A stretch of 64,000 bases of DNA from Armatimonadota bacterium. Its GTDB lineage: Bacteria > Armatimonadota > UBA5829. Shown here in pieces: positions 39,279 to 48,190 of this stretch; the stretch's first letter is position 1, and the number at the start of each line of letters is the position of its first letter. Under the pieces are notes generated by a model that saw only the letters and a list, made by a program, of their open reading frames with translations, was not told where the DNA came from and made no database searches. Where the stretch lies: assembly GCA_026392045.1 (NCBI GenBank), contig JAPLCU010000041.1, forward strand, positions 84 to 64,083, written 5' to 3'. A program made the translations under genes and the position numbers.

Positions 39279-40385
39279 TTATAACTCCCTATCAAAGAAT
39301 GCGCCACGCTCAAGCGAGAGCCAGTAGCGCAGACCAATTGCCATAGATGCCAACATAATTCCAAACCACATGCCGCGTTGTGAAGCTGTGTTCAAAACAA
39401 GCTGAAGCCATCTGCTTATAGCAGGCACCAAACCTGTTTGTCCAGGAATCCAACTTGTCAAATATACTCCAAATGGAATCTGTCCAAGCATAACAATCAG
39501 CGCCGAGACCATCATCAACACCGCTTCGCGAGATTTCGCTTTGAATGAGCGATATGCCGCAGAGGCCAGATAAAATGACAGAAGCGAGAATGTGGCGGAA
39601 TAGAATGCAAACTGAATATATTGGGCAACTGTATCATTCAGCAGAAGAAGAATCTTGTGGTAGTTGGTGTCAGGTTCGGCTCCATACCCAATGCCGGCAA
39701 ATATTCCAAATACAAGCCCTGCAAAGAAAAGCACACTCATATACCATTCTTTGGTTTTCTTGCGAATGGCGGATGAGTGCATTATCCAAAGACTGAACAA
39801 TGCAAAACCCCAAGCCATCGTCGCCAACACGATTAGACCGTTACTAACATCAGTCAATATGCTGGAAACGTAGGTTGTCGGCCCAATCTGAGATACAAGA
39901 TCGCCGACTAGTAAACTGCCCGGATCATCAATCTGGCTTTCCCCACCGGAGTTCTCCATCCTGAATGAAACAGTTTTCGATTTACCATTTTCCACTTTGG
40001 CGTTGATGGTCTTTGTTCCGCCGAGAATCCCAATGGTCAGCTCAGCTTTGTTTTTTCTGCAGATAATGCCTCTCTCAGAATTGTCCATTGCAATAATGCT
40101 TGTAGTTGAAAGCTCAATATCTGATGTGGCGATTCTCTTTGTTTGATCGCCTTTGATCCAATCAACCATCAGTTTGTCTGTGACAGGCATTTTGACAGTG
40201 CGTTTGAATGTTGTAAGTTCTAGCATAACATCACTGGCCATGGTATCCATATCAGTAATAGAGACAACTGACGTGACGATACCGGACGTGCCCTGTCCAG
40301 GCATAATTGGAGGCACTGCAAACTCCAAGAAGTAGTAGAGCCCAGCCACAAACGTAACTATTAAAATGAGTTTCTTTTTCCACAT
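39279..40385 (-). CDS. membrane protein with one N-terminal TM, a ~190-aa extracytoplasmic domain and five C-terminal TMs (ABC-2-permease-like topology)
   Basis: Topology inferred from hydrophobic segments. 2-nt gap to the downstream gene. Confidence 0.55.
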   Translation of the reverse strand: MWKKKLILIVTFVAGLYYFLEFAVPPIMPGQGTSGIVTSVVSITDMDTMASDVMLELTTFKRTVKMPVTDKLMVDWIKGDQTKRIATSDIELSTTSIIAMDNSERGIICRKNKAELTIGILGGTKTINAKVENGKSKTVSFRMENSGGESQIDDPGSLLVGDLVSQIGPTTYVSSILTDVSNGLIVLATMAWGFALFSLWIMHSSAIRKKTKEWYMSVLFFAGLVFGIFAGIGYGAEPDTNYHKILLLLNDTVAQYIQFAFYSATFSLLSFYLASAAYRSFKAKSREAVLMMVSALIVMLGQIPFGVYLTSWIPGQTGLVPAISRWLQLVLNTASQRGMWFGIMLASMAIGLRYWLSLERGAFFDREL

Positions 40386-40390
40386 GGTTG

Positions 40391-41167
40391 CTACTTCCCA
40401 AATATATTGTAGAGTATGGCCAGACCGGATGTCGAACCAAACGTCACAAGTAATGTTCCAGCTATGATGACCAGAAGAATAGCTATCTTGCAGTAGTCTT
40501 GGCCCACAATGCTGCCAAGCATCGTAGGTTCTCGCGTCAGGTAAGCGCCTGCGGCGTATAATTCTTCACCAATAACGGTATAATCGCAGGTTGCGATGAA
40601 GAATGGTATCTGATTCGGTTCTGCGCATCCCGCTATTTGAACAGCGCCTACATGTTGTCCTGGTTCGGTATAAAGCAGCGCCGTAAAGTCGTAGGAGCCG
40701 AAATAGAAGTGGGAAGCCGTTTTTTCGTCTTTCATTATCTGGGCAGAAGCCAGAGCAGTTTGGTCGCCTTGAGCCGCGAGAAATCGAATGTCCTTTGCAT
40801 CAAACAGCTCAGGACGCCCCTCAGCAGCGTATGCTCCTTTTACAACGTCCTCTGCAACAGGTATAACGACAGGAACACATGTGAATACAATAACACGGGC
40901 TCCCATCTTTGCGGCGGTTTGAGCTACATGGCCTAGAACTCCGATAGCCGCAAGGGTCGGCGCCGCAGTAAAGTCAGCATTGCCCGTGTTGAATAGCATC
41001 GGGCGCCCCATTTCGGTTGCTCGACCTACAGCCTCGTCAATCTCCTTCAGACCGGCAATTCGGCGGATATATATCTCCTTGCCGGATCGTGCTGAAAAGA
41101 TTTTGTAGAGGATGATGGCCGCGATCGCCATGATAATTATGAAGATTTGTGAGTTTGCGTGTTGCAT
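40391..41167 (-). CDS. membrane-anchored protein (N- and C-terminal TM, central soluble domain)
   Basis: ORF with hydrophobic termini. 5-nt gap to the next gene. Confidence 0.55.
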   Translation of the reverse strand: MQHANSQIFIIIMAIAAIILYKIFSARSGKEIYIRRIAGLKEIDEAVGRATEMGRPMLFNTGNADFTAAPTLAAIGVLGHVAQTAAKMGARVIVFTCVPVVIPVAEDVVKGAYAAEGRPELFDAKDIRFLAAQGDQTALASAQIMKDEKTASHFYFGSYDFTALLYTEPGQHVGAVQIAGCAEPNQIPFFIATCDYTVIGEELYAAGAYLTREPTMLGSIVGQDYCKIAILLVIIAGTLLVTFGSTSGLAILYNIFGK

Positions 41168-41286
41168 ATAATCTCCAGTCCCCTCAAGTTAATATTTTGG
41201 AACTATGCGCCAGATACAACTCATCAATAATAACGCAGATTTTCCCTTAGCGCAAATATATATTCAAATTCACTCTCGGTGAGTGA

Positions 41287-41358
41287 GGGGAGGGCGAAGG
41301 TCCCCCTGAGCCGTTTTCCTTCGCAGCTACAAGGCTCGGCGGGAGCCTCGCCCTCCCC
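41287..41358. repeat. family-3 inverted pair (GGGGAGGGCGAAGGTCCCCCTGAGCC ... GGCTCGGCGGGAGCCTCGCCCTCCCC) forming a long hairpin in the 192-bp gap inside a co-directional gene string
   Basis: Two inverted copies of the 26-mer separated by 20 nt. A third copy is at 22233-22258. Confidence 0.6.
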
Positions 41359-41359
41359 G

Positions 41360-42481
41360 TTATTGTGCAATGATCTCCACGTTTGCGCGTGGAACGATGA
41401 CATCCTGTCCGTCAGCCAGTTTAGCTTCAAGAACCCTGACAGTTGAACCCGACGGCACCACAACCGGCTCAGGAGGCAGACCTGTCACAGTGCCGAGTTG
41501 ACCAAAATAAGGCTCGCGTATGCATCGAATGTTTGCGCCGATATCAAGATATTGCACAGGGTCAGCAACTTCATCATCCGACACGGCAATATCCAACGGC
41601 ACAATAATCTCTGGTCGAATAACACCTGCTCTGATCTGAGTTGCGCCGTTGATTGAAGCGCGCTTTCCCTCAAGACTCTTGAGCAGATTGAATGTCCTAT
41701 CGGCCATTCTGATAGACCCGAATCCCTCAGTAATAATAAGGGAAGTGCAAATATCTTCCTGACCGGTAATCGCTACGCCGATGTCATATCCGAGGAAGTC
41801 GATAAGCTCGCGGTCGATGATAGCGCCTGCCACAACACCCGCCGCCTTGACTGAAATAGCCTTTTTGAGCGCTGCGCCGGATACGTTTGAGCCGCCGACA
41901 ATGACTTTTCCTTCCATAGAAGCATCGATCATAGAATCGGTAAGCGGCTGATCCGGTCCAGAGACCAGAATTGCGATTTCGCCGATCTGTTCTCCGCCTA
42001 CTCCAAAGATTCCCTGGATCATTGCAGCCTCAGTCTCAACAACTACGCCTTCGTCAGGTATAACCTCAGAGACTTTGCCGCGCACATATCCTTTAACCTC
42101 GATAGGTGTCGAGGGAAGACGTATGCCGATATTGCCCGTCGTGTCTGAAATGAGCTCGATTGTGCCGTTGATCGGTGATTTGACCTCGTTGCGCATGAGC
42201 CCAAAGAATGACTTTGTCTCGGCAATTATCTGACTGGCAGTAACAACATCACCCACACCGACTCTAAGCGCATTATGAAGACCAGCGGAGTCAACACCCA
42301 AAATCTGGGCCGCTCTTACGGTTTGCATAACTCCCGGAATCTGTGTGTGTGCAACAACGGTATCCGGCTCCACCATATCACCGCTATTAACGAGCACTTG
42401 CCCCTTGAGCGGCAATCGTCTGAACTTTCTAACGAGTGTTCTGGGGCTGACTTTGAGCCCTGGTGTATAAGCAGTTCCCAT
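41360..42481 (-). CDS. hypothetical soluble protein (373 aa), translationally coupled to the upstream MutL-like ATPase
   Basis: ATG is 2 nt after the upstream TAA, with GGTGGGAGG inside the upstream gene end. No family recognised by eye. Confidence 0.65.
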   Translation of the reverse strand: MGTAYTPGLKVSPRTLVRKFRRLPLKGQVLVNSGDMVEPDTVVAHTQIPGVMQTVRAAQILGVDSAGLHNALRVGVGDVVTASQIIAETKSFFGLMRNEVKSPINGTIELISDTTGNIGIRLPSTPIEVKGYVRGKVSEVIPDEGVVVETEAAMIQGIFGVGGEQIGEIAILVSGPDQPLTDSMIDASMEGKVIVGGSNVSGAALKKAISVKAAGVVAGAIIDRELIDFLGYDIGVAITGQEDICTSLIITEGFGSIRMADRTFNLLKSLEGKRASINGATQIRAGVIRPEIIVPLDIAVSDDEVADPVQYLDIGANIRCIREPYFGQLGTVTGLPPEPVVVPSGSTVRVLEAKLADGQDVIVPRANVEIIAQ

Positions 42482-42483
42482 AA

Positions 42484-44268
42484 TTAGCCTCCCACCTCTA
42501 GTCCAAGCGAGCTATGCCACTCCTGGAGTTTTGAAATTCTGAGTTTCTTATCAGTTGGAAGTTGCATCGGCCTTCCGCGTGTGTCAATCATCAGACCGAC
42601 CGTGCCGCCCTCAACTTTGGCAGTAACCGGCTTGCCTTTGCCCGCGCCCATATCAAAGTTTCTTCCCGGCCTGATAGTGACCTCTTTGGTCTCGCCAAGA
42701 CCCAGCGGAATCACAGTCAGCGTGCCGCATTTGAATGCCTGATCGCTGCCGTCGATTGTGATTGTGCAGGCAGCGTCTCCAGCCTTGCCATTTCCAACAG
42801 GCGCGATAACATGCCCAAACTTGATCAAGCAGTCTCGTTCAAAGACTTGCGCGGCGGCTTCAGGGTGAACAACCGATAGCACGCCGAGCTGAGGCATCAT
42901 GAAGATAGAGTCCTTAGCCAGCATCGTGATGCCCTCAGGCTGATACGCATCCATCATCATATACGCTGTCTCTGCGGCTCTCGGAGCGTGAGATAATACA
43001 CCGCCGCTTCCGATAATCATGTCCAGGTTCATCATCTTAACCAGAGTCTGGCCGGTTTCGGACTGATCCATAATCTCGCCGATGGTTCTTACTTGTTGAA
43101 CGCCCTTTAACGATCTTGCAAGTGACTTATGATGATCGAAAGCAAGCCTCAAAGCCTCGCGAGAGACAGCCTGCTCAATTCGTAGATCATCCAGCGTATG
43201 CGGGATCGTAGTTGGGCGGATCATCTTGTTCCTGAGCCTGTTTCTGAGGTCTGTTTCGTCTGAATCGAATGGCACCCATCGCTGAATATTGGCAATACCC
43301 GCTTCGGTGAGCACGTTGCAGATCGAGTAGCTCATACCGAGATTTGCGCTGACCGTTCTTGTGAAAGTGCCGTCAAAGACTGAGAAAACGTCGGTCGTTG
43401 CGCCGCCGATATCAACTGCCAGCACATTCATACTGAACTGTGCGGCAATCGTCTCGATGATTCTGCCGACCGCATTTGGGGTAGACATAATCCCCGAATC
43501 GGTCCATGAAGAAAGCTTTCCGTAACCCGGAGCCTGCTGCATGACGTGTTGGAGGAAAAGCTCATGGATCGCCGCTCTTGCCGGGCCGAGGTTTTCGGCC
43601 TCAAGGGAAGGCCGAAGGTTATCGACAACTTTCAGGTCGACCTTCTCCTTGAGAATATCCATGAACGGCTTGCGCGCTTCCTTGTTGCCTGCGAAGATGA
43701 CGGGTAATTTCATACCCAGGCCGAGCCTCGGTTTCGGGTCTGCCGCCAAAAGCATTTCGGCAATTTCAGCAAGATGCTTGACGGTGCCGCCATCCGTGCC
43801 GCCTGATGTCAGGATCATATCCGGGCGCAGTTCTCGGATTCGGCGGACTTTCTCATAATCTTTACGTCCATCATCAACGGCAATAACGTCAATAATGATA
43901 GCTCCAGCGCCTAGAGCGGCCCTTTGCGCACTTTCGGCGCTCATTGATTTTACAACGCCAGCCACCGTCATCTGCAATCCGCCGCCGGCGCTTGAAGTCG
44001 ACAGATATAGATCAACACCTGTCTTTTCTCCGCTCGCTGGACGCATGATCAAACCGCCATCGTCAATAATCTTTCTTCCGGACAGTTCCTCGATTTCTCT
44101 AACGGCATTCAAGACGCCCACGGTAACATCATCGAATGGAGCTTCAACAGTAGTTGGAGCTTCACCGCGTACAGATAAGCGATATTCGCCGTCGATTTTT
44201 TCTATGAGGATAGCCTTGGTGGTAGTACTTCCGCAATCGGTTGCAAGTATAATATTTATCTCTGCCAA
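42484..44268 (-). CDS. glutamate mutase subunit L (MutL/GlmL)-like ASKHA-fold ATPase with a ~130-aa C-terminal extension
   Basis: N-terminal ILATDCGSTTTKAIL phosphate-1 motif characteristic of GlmL-like actin-fold ATPases. No adjacent mutS/mutE. Confidence 0.7.
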   Translation of the reverse strand: MAEINIILATDCGSTTTKAILIEKIDGEYRLSVRGEAPTTVEAPFDDVTVGVLNAVREIEELSGRKIIDDGGLIMRPASGEKTGVDLYLSTSSAGGGLQMTVAGVVKSMSAESAQRAALGAGAIIIDVIAVDDGRKDYEKVRRIRELRPDMILTSGGTDGGTVKHLAEIAEMLLAADPKPRLGLGMKLPVIFAGNKEARKPFMDILKEKVDLKVVDNLRPSLEAENLGPARAAIHELFLQHVMQQAPGYGKLSSWTDSGIMSTPNAVGRIIETIAAQFSMNVLAVDIGGATTDVFSVFDGTFTRTVSANLGMSYSICNVLTEAGIANIQRWVPFDSDETDLRNRLRNKMIRPTTIPHTLDDLRIEQAVSREALRLAFDHHKSLARSLKGVQQVRTIGEIMDQSETGQTLVKMMNLDMIIGSGGVLSHAPRAAETAYMMMDAYQPEGITMLAKDSIFMMPQLGVLSVVHPEAAAQVFERDCLIKFGHVIAPVGNGKAGDAACTITIDGSDQAFKCGTLTVIPLGLGETKEVTIRPGRNFDMGAGKGKPVTAKVEGGTVGLMIDTRGRPMQLPTDKKLRISKLQEWHSSLGLEVGG

Positions 44269-44655
44269 TCCACATCACCATTTTTGTGGAGCCATAATCA
44301 GCCCCACCACTATGTAAAGATATTAGCTCAAAAAGAGCTGTGTCAGATATGTAATTATGTTCAGCCTATATTCTACATCATAGAAGCGCTTTGATGCTAG
44401 ACATTTTTTTGCGAAGTTTCAATCTGAGCTCAGAAAATGTATGGTTCAAGAAGCAGATTTGACAGCCGCAATTTACTTATTAGGTTTTTGCAGGGCCAAT
44501 TCCTCTTTTTGGAAAGAGTAAAGTTATTTTGATGCGAGATTCGGCAAATCCAGTCACTCACCGAAAGTGTCCTCTTACCTCTTACATCCTCCCTTCCAAC
44601 TCCACCCTTGGATATGATACAATGCAATGTCAAATTGAGAGCATAGGTGATATAA

Positions 44656-45747
44656 ATGAAAGTTGGAATTGTGGGGCTGCAGGGCTGCGGCAAGACCACT
44701 TTATTCAGAGCCCTCACCAGGGGCAAAGTTAAAACAGAAGATAGCTACGGCGCATCGAGCGGCAAGCCGAATATTGGCGTTGTCAGCGTACCTGATCGTC
44801 GTGTTGACTATTTCGCGCGCCAGTATAATCCCAAAAAAGCAACTTATGCAAGCATCGAATTTATCGATGGCGCTGCGCAGGTTGCCAAAGACGACGGCAA
44901 GAATAAGTTCGGCTCGGATTTCTTCTCAGATGTCCGGCAAGTGGACATGCTCGTTCATGTTGTTCGCGCCTTCACTTCAAAAACTGGTGACGAACCATCC
45001 CCTATGAATAATATTCAGGCTCTTAATGATGAGTTGGCGCTCTCTGACCTGCAAGTGATCGAAAACCGTATCATGCGCGTGGAAAAGCAGCTTCATGGTG
45101 TCAAAAAGGGCGTAACAACACCCGCAACGCAGGAAATGGATGTATTGGAGCGCCTAAAGACCGCCCTTGAAGAGGGGAAGCCTATGAGCGGCGTTCAGTT
45201 GACTCCAGAGGAAAAGAAGGCAATAAGCAGCTACGATTTCCTTACGCTTAAGGCTATGGTAATCGTGCTTAATATCCCCGAAAGCGAGATTGCTTCTCCT
45301 GGTGAAACTACGCTGAAGTTCAGAGAGTTTTGCGCTGAGGCCGGTTTGCCTGAGAGCGAGCTTTGCGCTGAGGTGGAGATGGAAGTCTCCGAGCTTGATG
45401 ACGAAGAGGAAGCTGAGTTCCTCGAGTCTGTTGGCATAAAAGAGCCGGCTCGCAATGTCTTGATCCGCGAATGCTATAAAGAGCTTGGCCTGATTTCGTT
45501 TATTACAGCAGGCGAGCCGGAAGTGAGAGCGTGGACGCTCAGAGCAGGTTCAAAAGCAGTTGAAGCCGCCGGAACTATTCACTCAGACCTCGCGCGAGGC
45601 TTTATACGCGCTGAAGTTGCAAACTTCAAAGAGATCGAAGCCGTCGGAAGCTGGGAGGCTGCGAAGCAGCAGAATGTAGTGCAGCTAGTCGGCAAAGATC
45701 ATATAATTCAAGATGGCGACGTGATGTATATTCGGTTTAAGGTCTAG
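44656..45747 (+). CDS. ychF: redox-regulated ATPase YchF / OLA1-family GTP-binding protein
   Basis: P-loop GLQGCGKTT. C-terminal TGS-like DGDVMYIRFKV, comparable to the YchF C-terminus. Confidence 0.8.
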   Translation: MKVGIVGLQGCGKTTLFRALTRGKVKTEDSYGASSGKPNIGVVSVPDRRVDYFARQYNPKKATYASIEFIDGAAQVAKDDGKNKFGSDFFSDVRQVDMLVHVVRAFTSKTGDEPSPMNNIQALNDELALSDLQVIENRIMRVEKQLHGVKKGVTTPATQEMDVLERLKTALEEGKPMSGVQLTPEEKKAISSYDFLTLKAMVIVLNIPESEIASPGETTLKFREFCAEAGLPESELCAEVEMEVSELDDEEEAEFLESVGIKEPARNVLIRECYKELGLISFITAGEPEVRAWTLRAGSKAVEAAGTIHSDLARGFIRAEVANFKEIEAVGSWEAAKQQNVVQLVGKDHIIQDGDVMYIRFKV

Positions 45748-45771
45748 AGCCAGGTAACATCTGACCAATGC

Positions 45772-45802
45772 GGGCAGGATTGCAAATCCGCCCAAACGTA
45801 GT
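45772..45802. repeat. family-4 motif GGGCAGGATTGCAAATCCGCCCAAACGTAGT
   Basis: Matches 2329-2360 and 46868-46899. Confidence 0.5.
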
Positions 45803-45890
45803 ATTGCGTGCCGGATCAGAGATTCCGGCCGAACATAGTTCTGCTAGCACGATTCCTGAATTTGACACATCTAGCATGGGGACGTAGAAT

Positions 45891-46859
45891 GTGCTGGAAA
45901 TATTCAATTGCCAGGAGAAGTTATTGATAGTCACGCTAACCCCGAATACTGCGATTGATATCACTTATACGGTTGAGGGCTTCGGCCTTGATCGTGTGCA
46001 TAGGCCCAGTGAGGTGCGCACAGTTGCGGGCGGCAAGGGGATAAATGTCGCACGGGTTCTAAAGACTCTGGGCAACGATGCTATCGCCACCGGGTTTGTG
46101 GGCGGAAAAACGGGTGATTCTATTCTTGAGAAAATTTCCGCTGAGGGATTGTCACACGATTTCGTGCGTGTAAAAGGCGATTCAAGGCTGTGTATTGCCA
46201 TTGTCGATCCGAAAACCGGCACTCAGACAGAAATTAATGAGAATGGCCCAGAGATTTTGGGCGATGAGCTTGCGTCTATGCTGGAGAAGGTCAAAACGCT
46301 CATTGAGGGCCGAAAGTATGTTGTTTTGTGCGGAAGTTGCCCGCCGGGTGTGCCAACCTCGTTTTATGGGGATATCATATCGTTAGCCAAGAAGGCAGGC
46401 GCTGTAACGATATTGGACGCCAGCGGCGCGCACCTGAGTGAAGCTCTAAAATCCGGCCCATATATGGTTAAACCAAATCTCACCGAGCTTGCACAGCTCG
46501 CGGGCAGAGAGATGGTAACTCTTGAGGAAATCGTAGCGAGCGCTAAGAGCCTGAAGCAGTTTGGAGTGAAGATTATGGTGGTCACTATGGGAAAAAGTGG
46601 AGCCGTCGTAACGGACGGCGTTCAAGCGTGGATGGCTGTATCTCCAGAGATTAAGTTCGCCAGCGCTGTAGGCTCCGGCGATTCATTTATGGCTGCGTTT
46701 ATTCACTCGATGGCTGCGGGGCAGACAATGCCGGATGCGCTTACAATGGCGACAGCAGCAGGCGCCGCAAATGCCGCAACCTATGGCGCCGGTTTTTGCT
46801 CGAAGGAAAGCATAATGGATCTTTGCGCTAGTGTTTCGATACAAAAACTGGACTTATGA
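45891..46859 (+). CDS. PfkB-family sugar kinase (1-phosphofructokinase / tagatose-6-phosphate kinase-like)
   Basis: LTPNTAIDITY N-terminus. C-terminal GSGDSFMAAF...ATAAGAANA ribokinase-family motif. Confidence 0.75.
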   Translation: MLEIFNCQEKLLIVTLTPNTAIDITYTVEGFGLDRVHRPSEVRTVAGGKGINVARVLKTLGNDAIATGFVGGKTGDSILEKISAEGLSHDFVRVKGDSRLCIAIVDPKTGTQTEINENGPEILGDELASMLEKVKTLIEGRKYVVLCGSCPPGVPTSFYGDIISLAKKAGAVTILDASGAHLSEALKSGPYMVKPNLTELAQLAGREMVTLEEIVASAKSLKQFGVKIMVVTMGKSGAVVTDGVQAWMAVSPEIKFASAVGSGDSFMAAFIHSMAAGQTMPDALTMATAAGAANAATYGAGFCSKESIMDLCASVSIQKLDL

Positions 46860-46867
46860 GAAACTTT

Positions 46868-47000
46868 CGGGCTGGATTGCAAATCCGCCCGAACTTAGTT
46901 ATTTCGGGAAACCCTCGGTGTTTCGGGATTTGAGTGGAGCGTTAGCGGAACGGAAATCCCGAAATAAACCACGTAACAATCAAGAGGAAATCGCAGCAAA
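46868..47000. repeat. composite repeat: family-4 motif (46868-46899) followed by family-5 hairpin copy 2 (46921-47000)
   Basis: Sequence identity to the copies at 2329/45772 and at 5895/47298. Confidence 0.6.
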
Positions 47001-47018
47001 TACGTCTAATGCATAAGA

Positions 47019-47282
47019 GTGAAATGGAAAAACATTATTGAATCACTGAATGTTATGGCCGAGCATGCTAATGGCGGATGCCGATATGCCGCTTGGAAAG
47101 AGCAAGTGAGAGCTCTGGCAATATGGAACGCGCCAAAGCTCTATGAAAAGATTAGTTATATTCACGCAAATCCGGTTAGGCGAGGGCTGGTCAAACATCC
47201 AGGTGATTGGCTGCATTCGAGCTATAGGTTCTATGAACACGAAGAGCAGGTGTGCTTACCTGTTGTTCCTATAGATTGTTAG
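47019..47282 (+). pseudogene. REP-associated tyrosine transposase (RAYT / IS200-like) C-terminal remnant, flanked by two direct family-5 hairpin elements
   Basis: ...YIHANPVRRGLVKHPGDWLHSSYRFY matches the conserved RAYT C-terminus (YI..NPVK.GLV....DWP.SS). The N-terminal HuH catalytic region is absent. Confidence 0.55.
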
Positions 47283-47297
47283 ATAGTGCGTCCGGAG

Positions 47298-47373
47298 GTT
47301 TCGGGATTTCCATTCCGCCTGCGGCTCCATTCAAATCCCGAAACACCGAACAGCGTAACAACCAACAGGACAC
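47298..47373. repeat. family-5 hairpin element copy 3 (stem GTTTCGGGATTT / AAATCCCGAAAC with a different loop)
   Basis: Same stem and 3' tail (..GTAACAACCAACAGGACACCG) as copies 1 and 2. Confidence 0.55.
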
Positions 47374-47550
47374 CGGTGCAGTCAGGCTCGCTGCCGAAGC
47401 TGCCGGGCCGCGTGACCTGTCGGGCTGTAGGGATACTATGAGCAGATGGCATAACTAACAACGAACTCCGCAGTTGGGCTCTGATCTTGAACAGATACAC
47501 CGTCCACTTATGCCATTACCAACACTCGTGCAATAAAAAGGACTACCACA

Positions 47551-48048
47551 ATGAAAAGAAAAAAATTAGCTATTGGAGCCATTCTGGTTAGTTGTGTTCT
47601 TGTAGCAGCGACAGTCAAAGTCTACTTCAAGACGATCTCCTGTCCACCAAGATCTGACTATGGATTATGTAGAAATAATATTACGGAGGCTGAGTTTAGC
47701 ATTCTTTGTTTTTTAGAAAAGAATGGACGGTTGCCTATCGTTAAAGGAAATGTGGACGACGAAGTATACTCAGCGATCGTGTTTAAACAAATCGCACGTT
47801 GGGACAAGAAATGGGGTTTTAGATATTTTATGAAATGTCCGAAAGACAAGACAGATACAATGACAAGCTATCGCATAAATTCCCAGTTAATGGGTAAATC
47901 GCTCAAAGATATTCCGGAAGATAAGCTTTCTCAGGTAGTTCTGGTATACGAAACAGAGCATGATGGGACCCATAATTTTGTGGGTCACGCTGACGGACAC
48001 ATCCGTAGCGGTCATTGGGATGCAAAAAAACACGCCGTCTCCAAATGA
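47551..48048 (+). CDS. hypothetical membrane-anchored protein (165 aa) with a His-rich C-terminus, AT-rich, in a REP-bounded pocket
   Basis: N-terminal TM (LAIGAILVSCVLVAATV). ...HDGTHNFVGHADGHIRSGHWD. Local GC is clearly below the flanks. Confidence 0.5.
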   Translation: MKRKKLAIGAILVSCVLVAATVKVYFKTISCPPRSDYGLCRNNITEAEFSILCFLEKNGRLPIVKGNVDDEVYSAIVFKQIARWDKKWGFRYFMKCPKDKTDTMTSYRINSQLMGKSLKDIPEDKLSQVVLVYETEHDGTHNFVGHADGHIRSGHWDAKKHAVSK

Positions 48049-48062
48049 ACAGTGTTGAAGAT

Positions 48063-48123
48063 GCTGCGGGAATGGCGGCAAATGATGCTCCTGTAAGATT
48101 AAACAAAGGTCAATTCCCGCAGC
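48063..48123. repeat. family-1 REP unit GCTGCGGGAATGGCG-N32-TCAATTCCCGCAGC
   Basis: Arms identical to the unit at 1-57. Only the loop differs. Confidence 0.6.
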
Positions 48124-48190
48124 TATCAATTCTCTGACGCGCCTCAACTTACTTCCCACTTTGTGCTCTGCGCTGGTATAATATTGTGTT

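Noticed and set aside
46831-47016. ORF 46831..47016 (+), 61 aa
   Set aside because: It lies entirely over the family-4 and family-5 repeat elements and has no RBS. It is a repeat-derived open frame.
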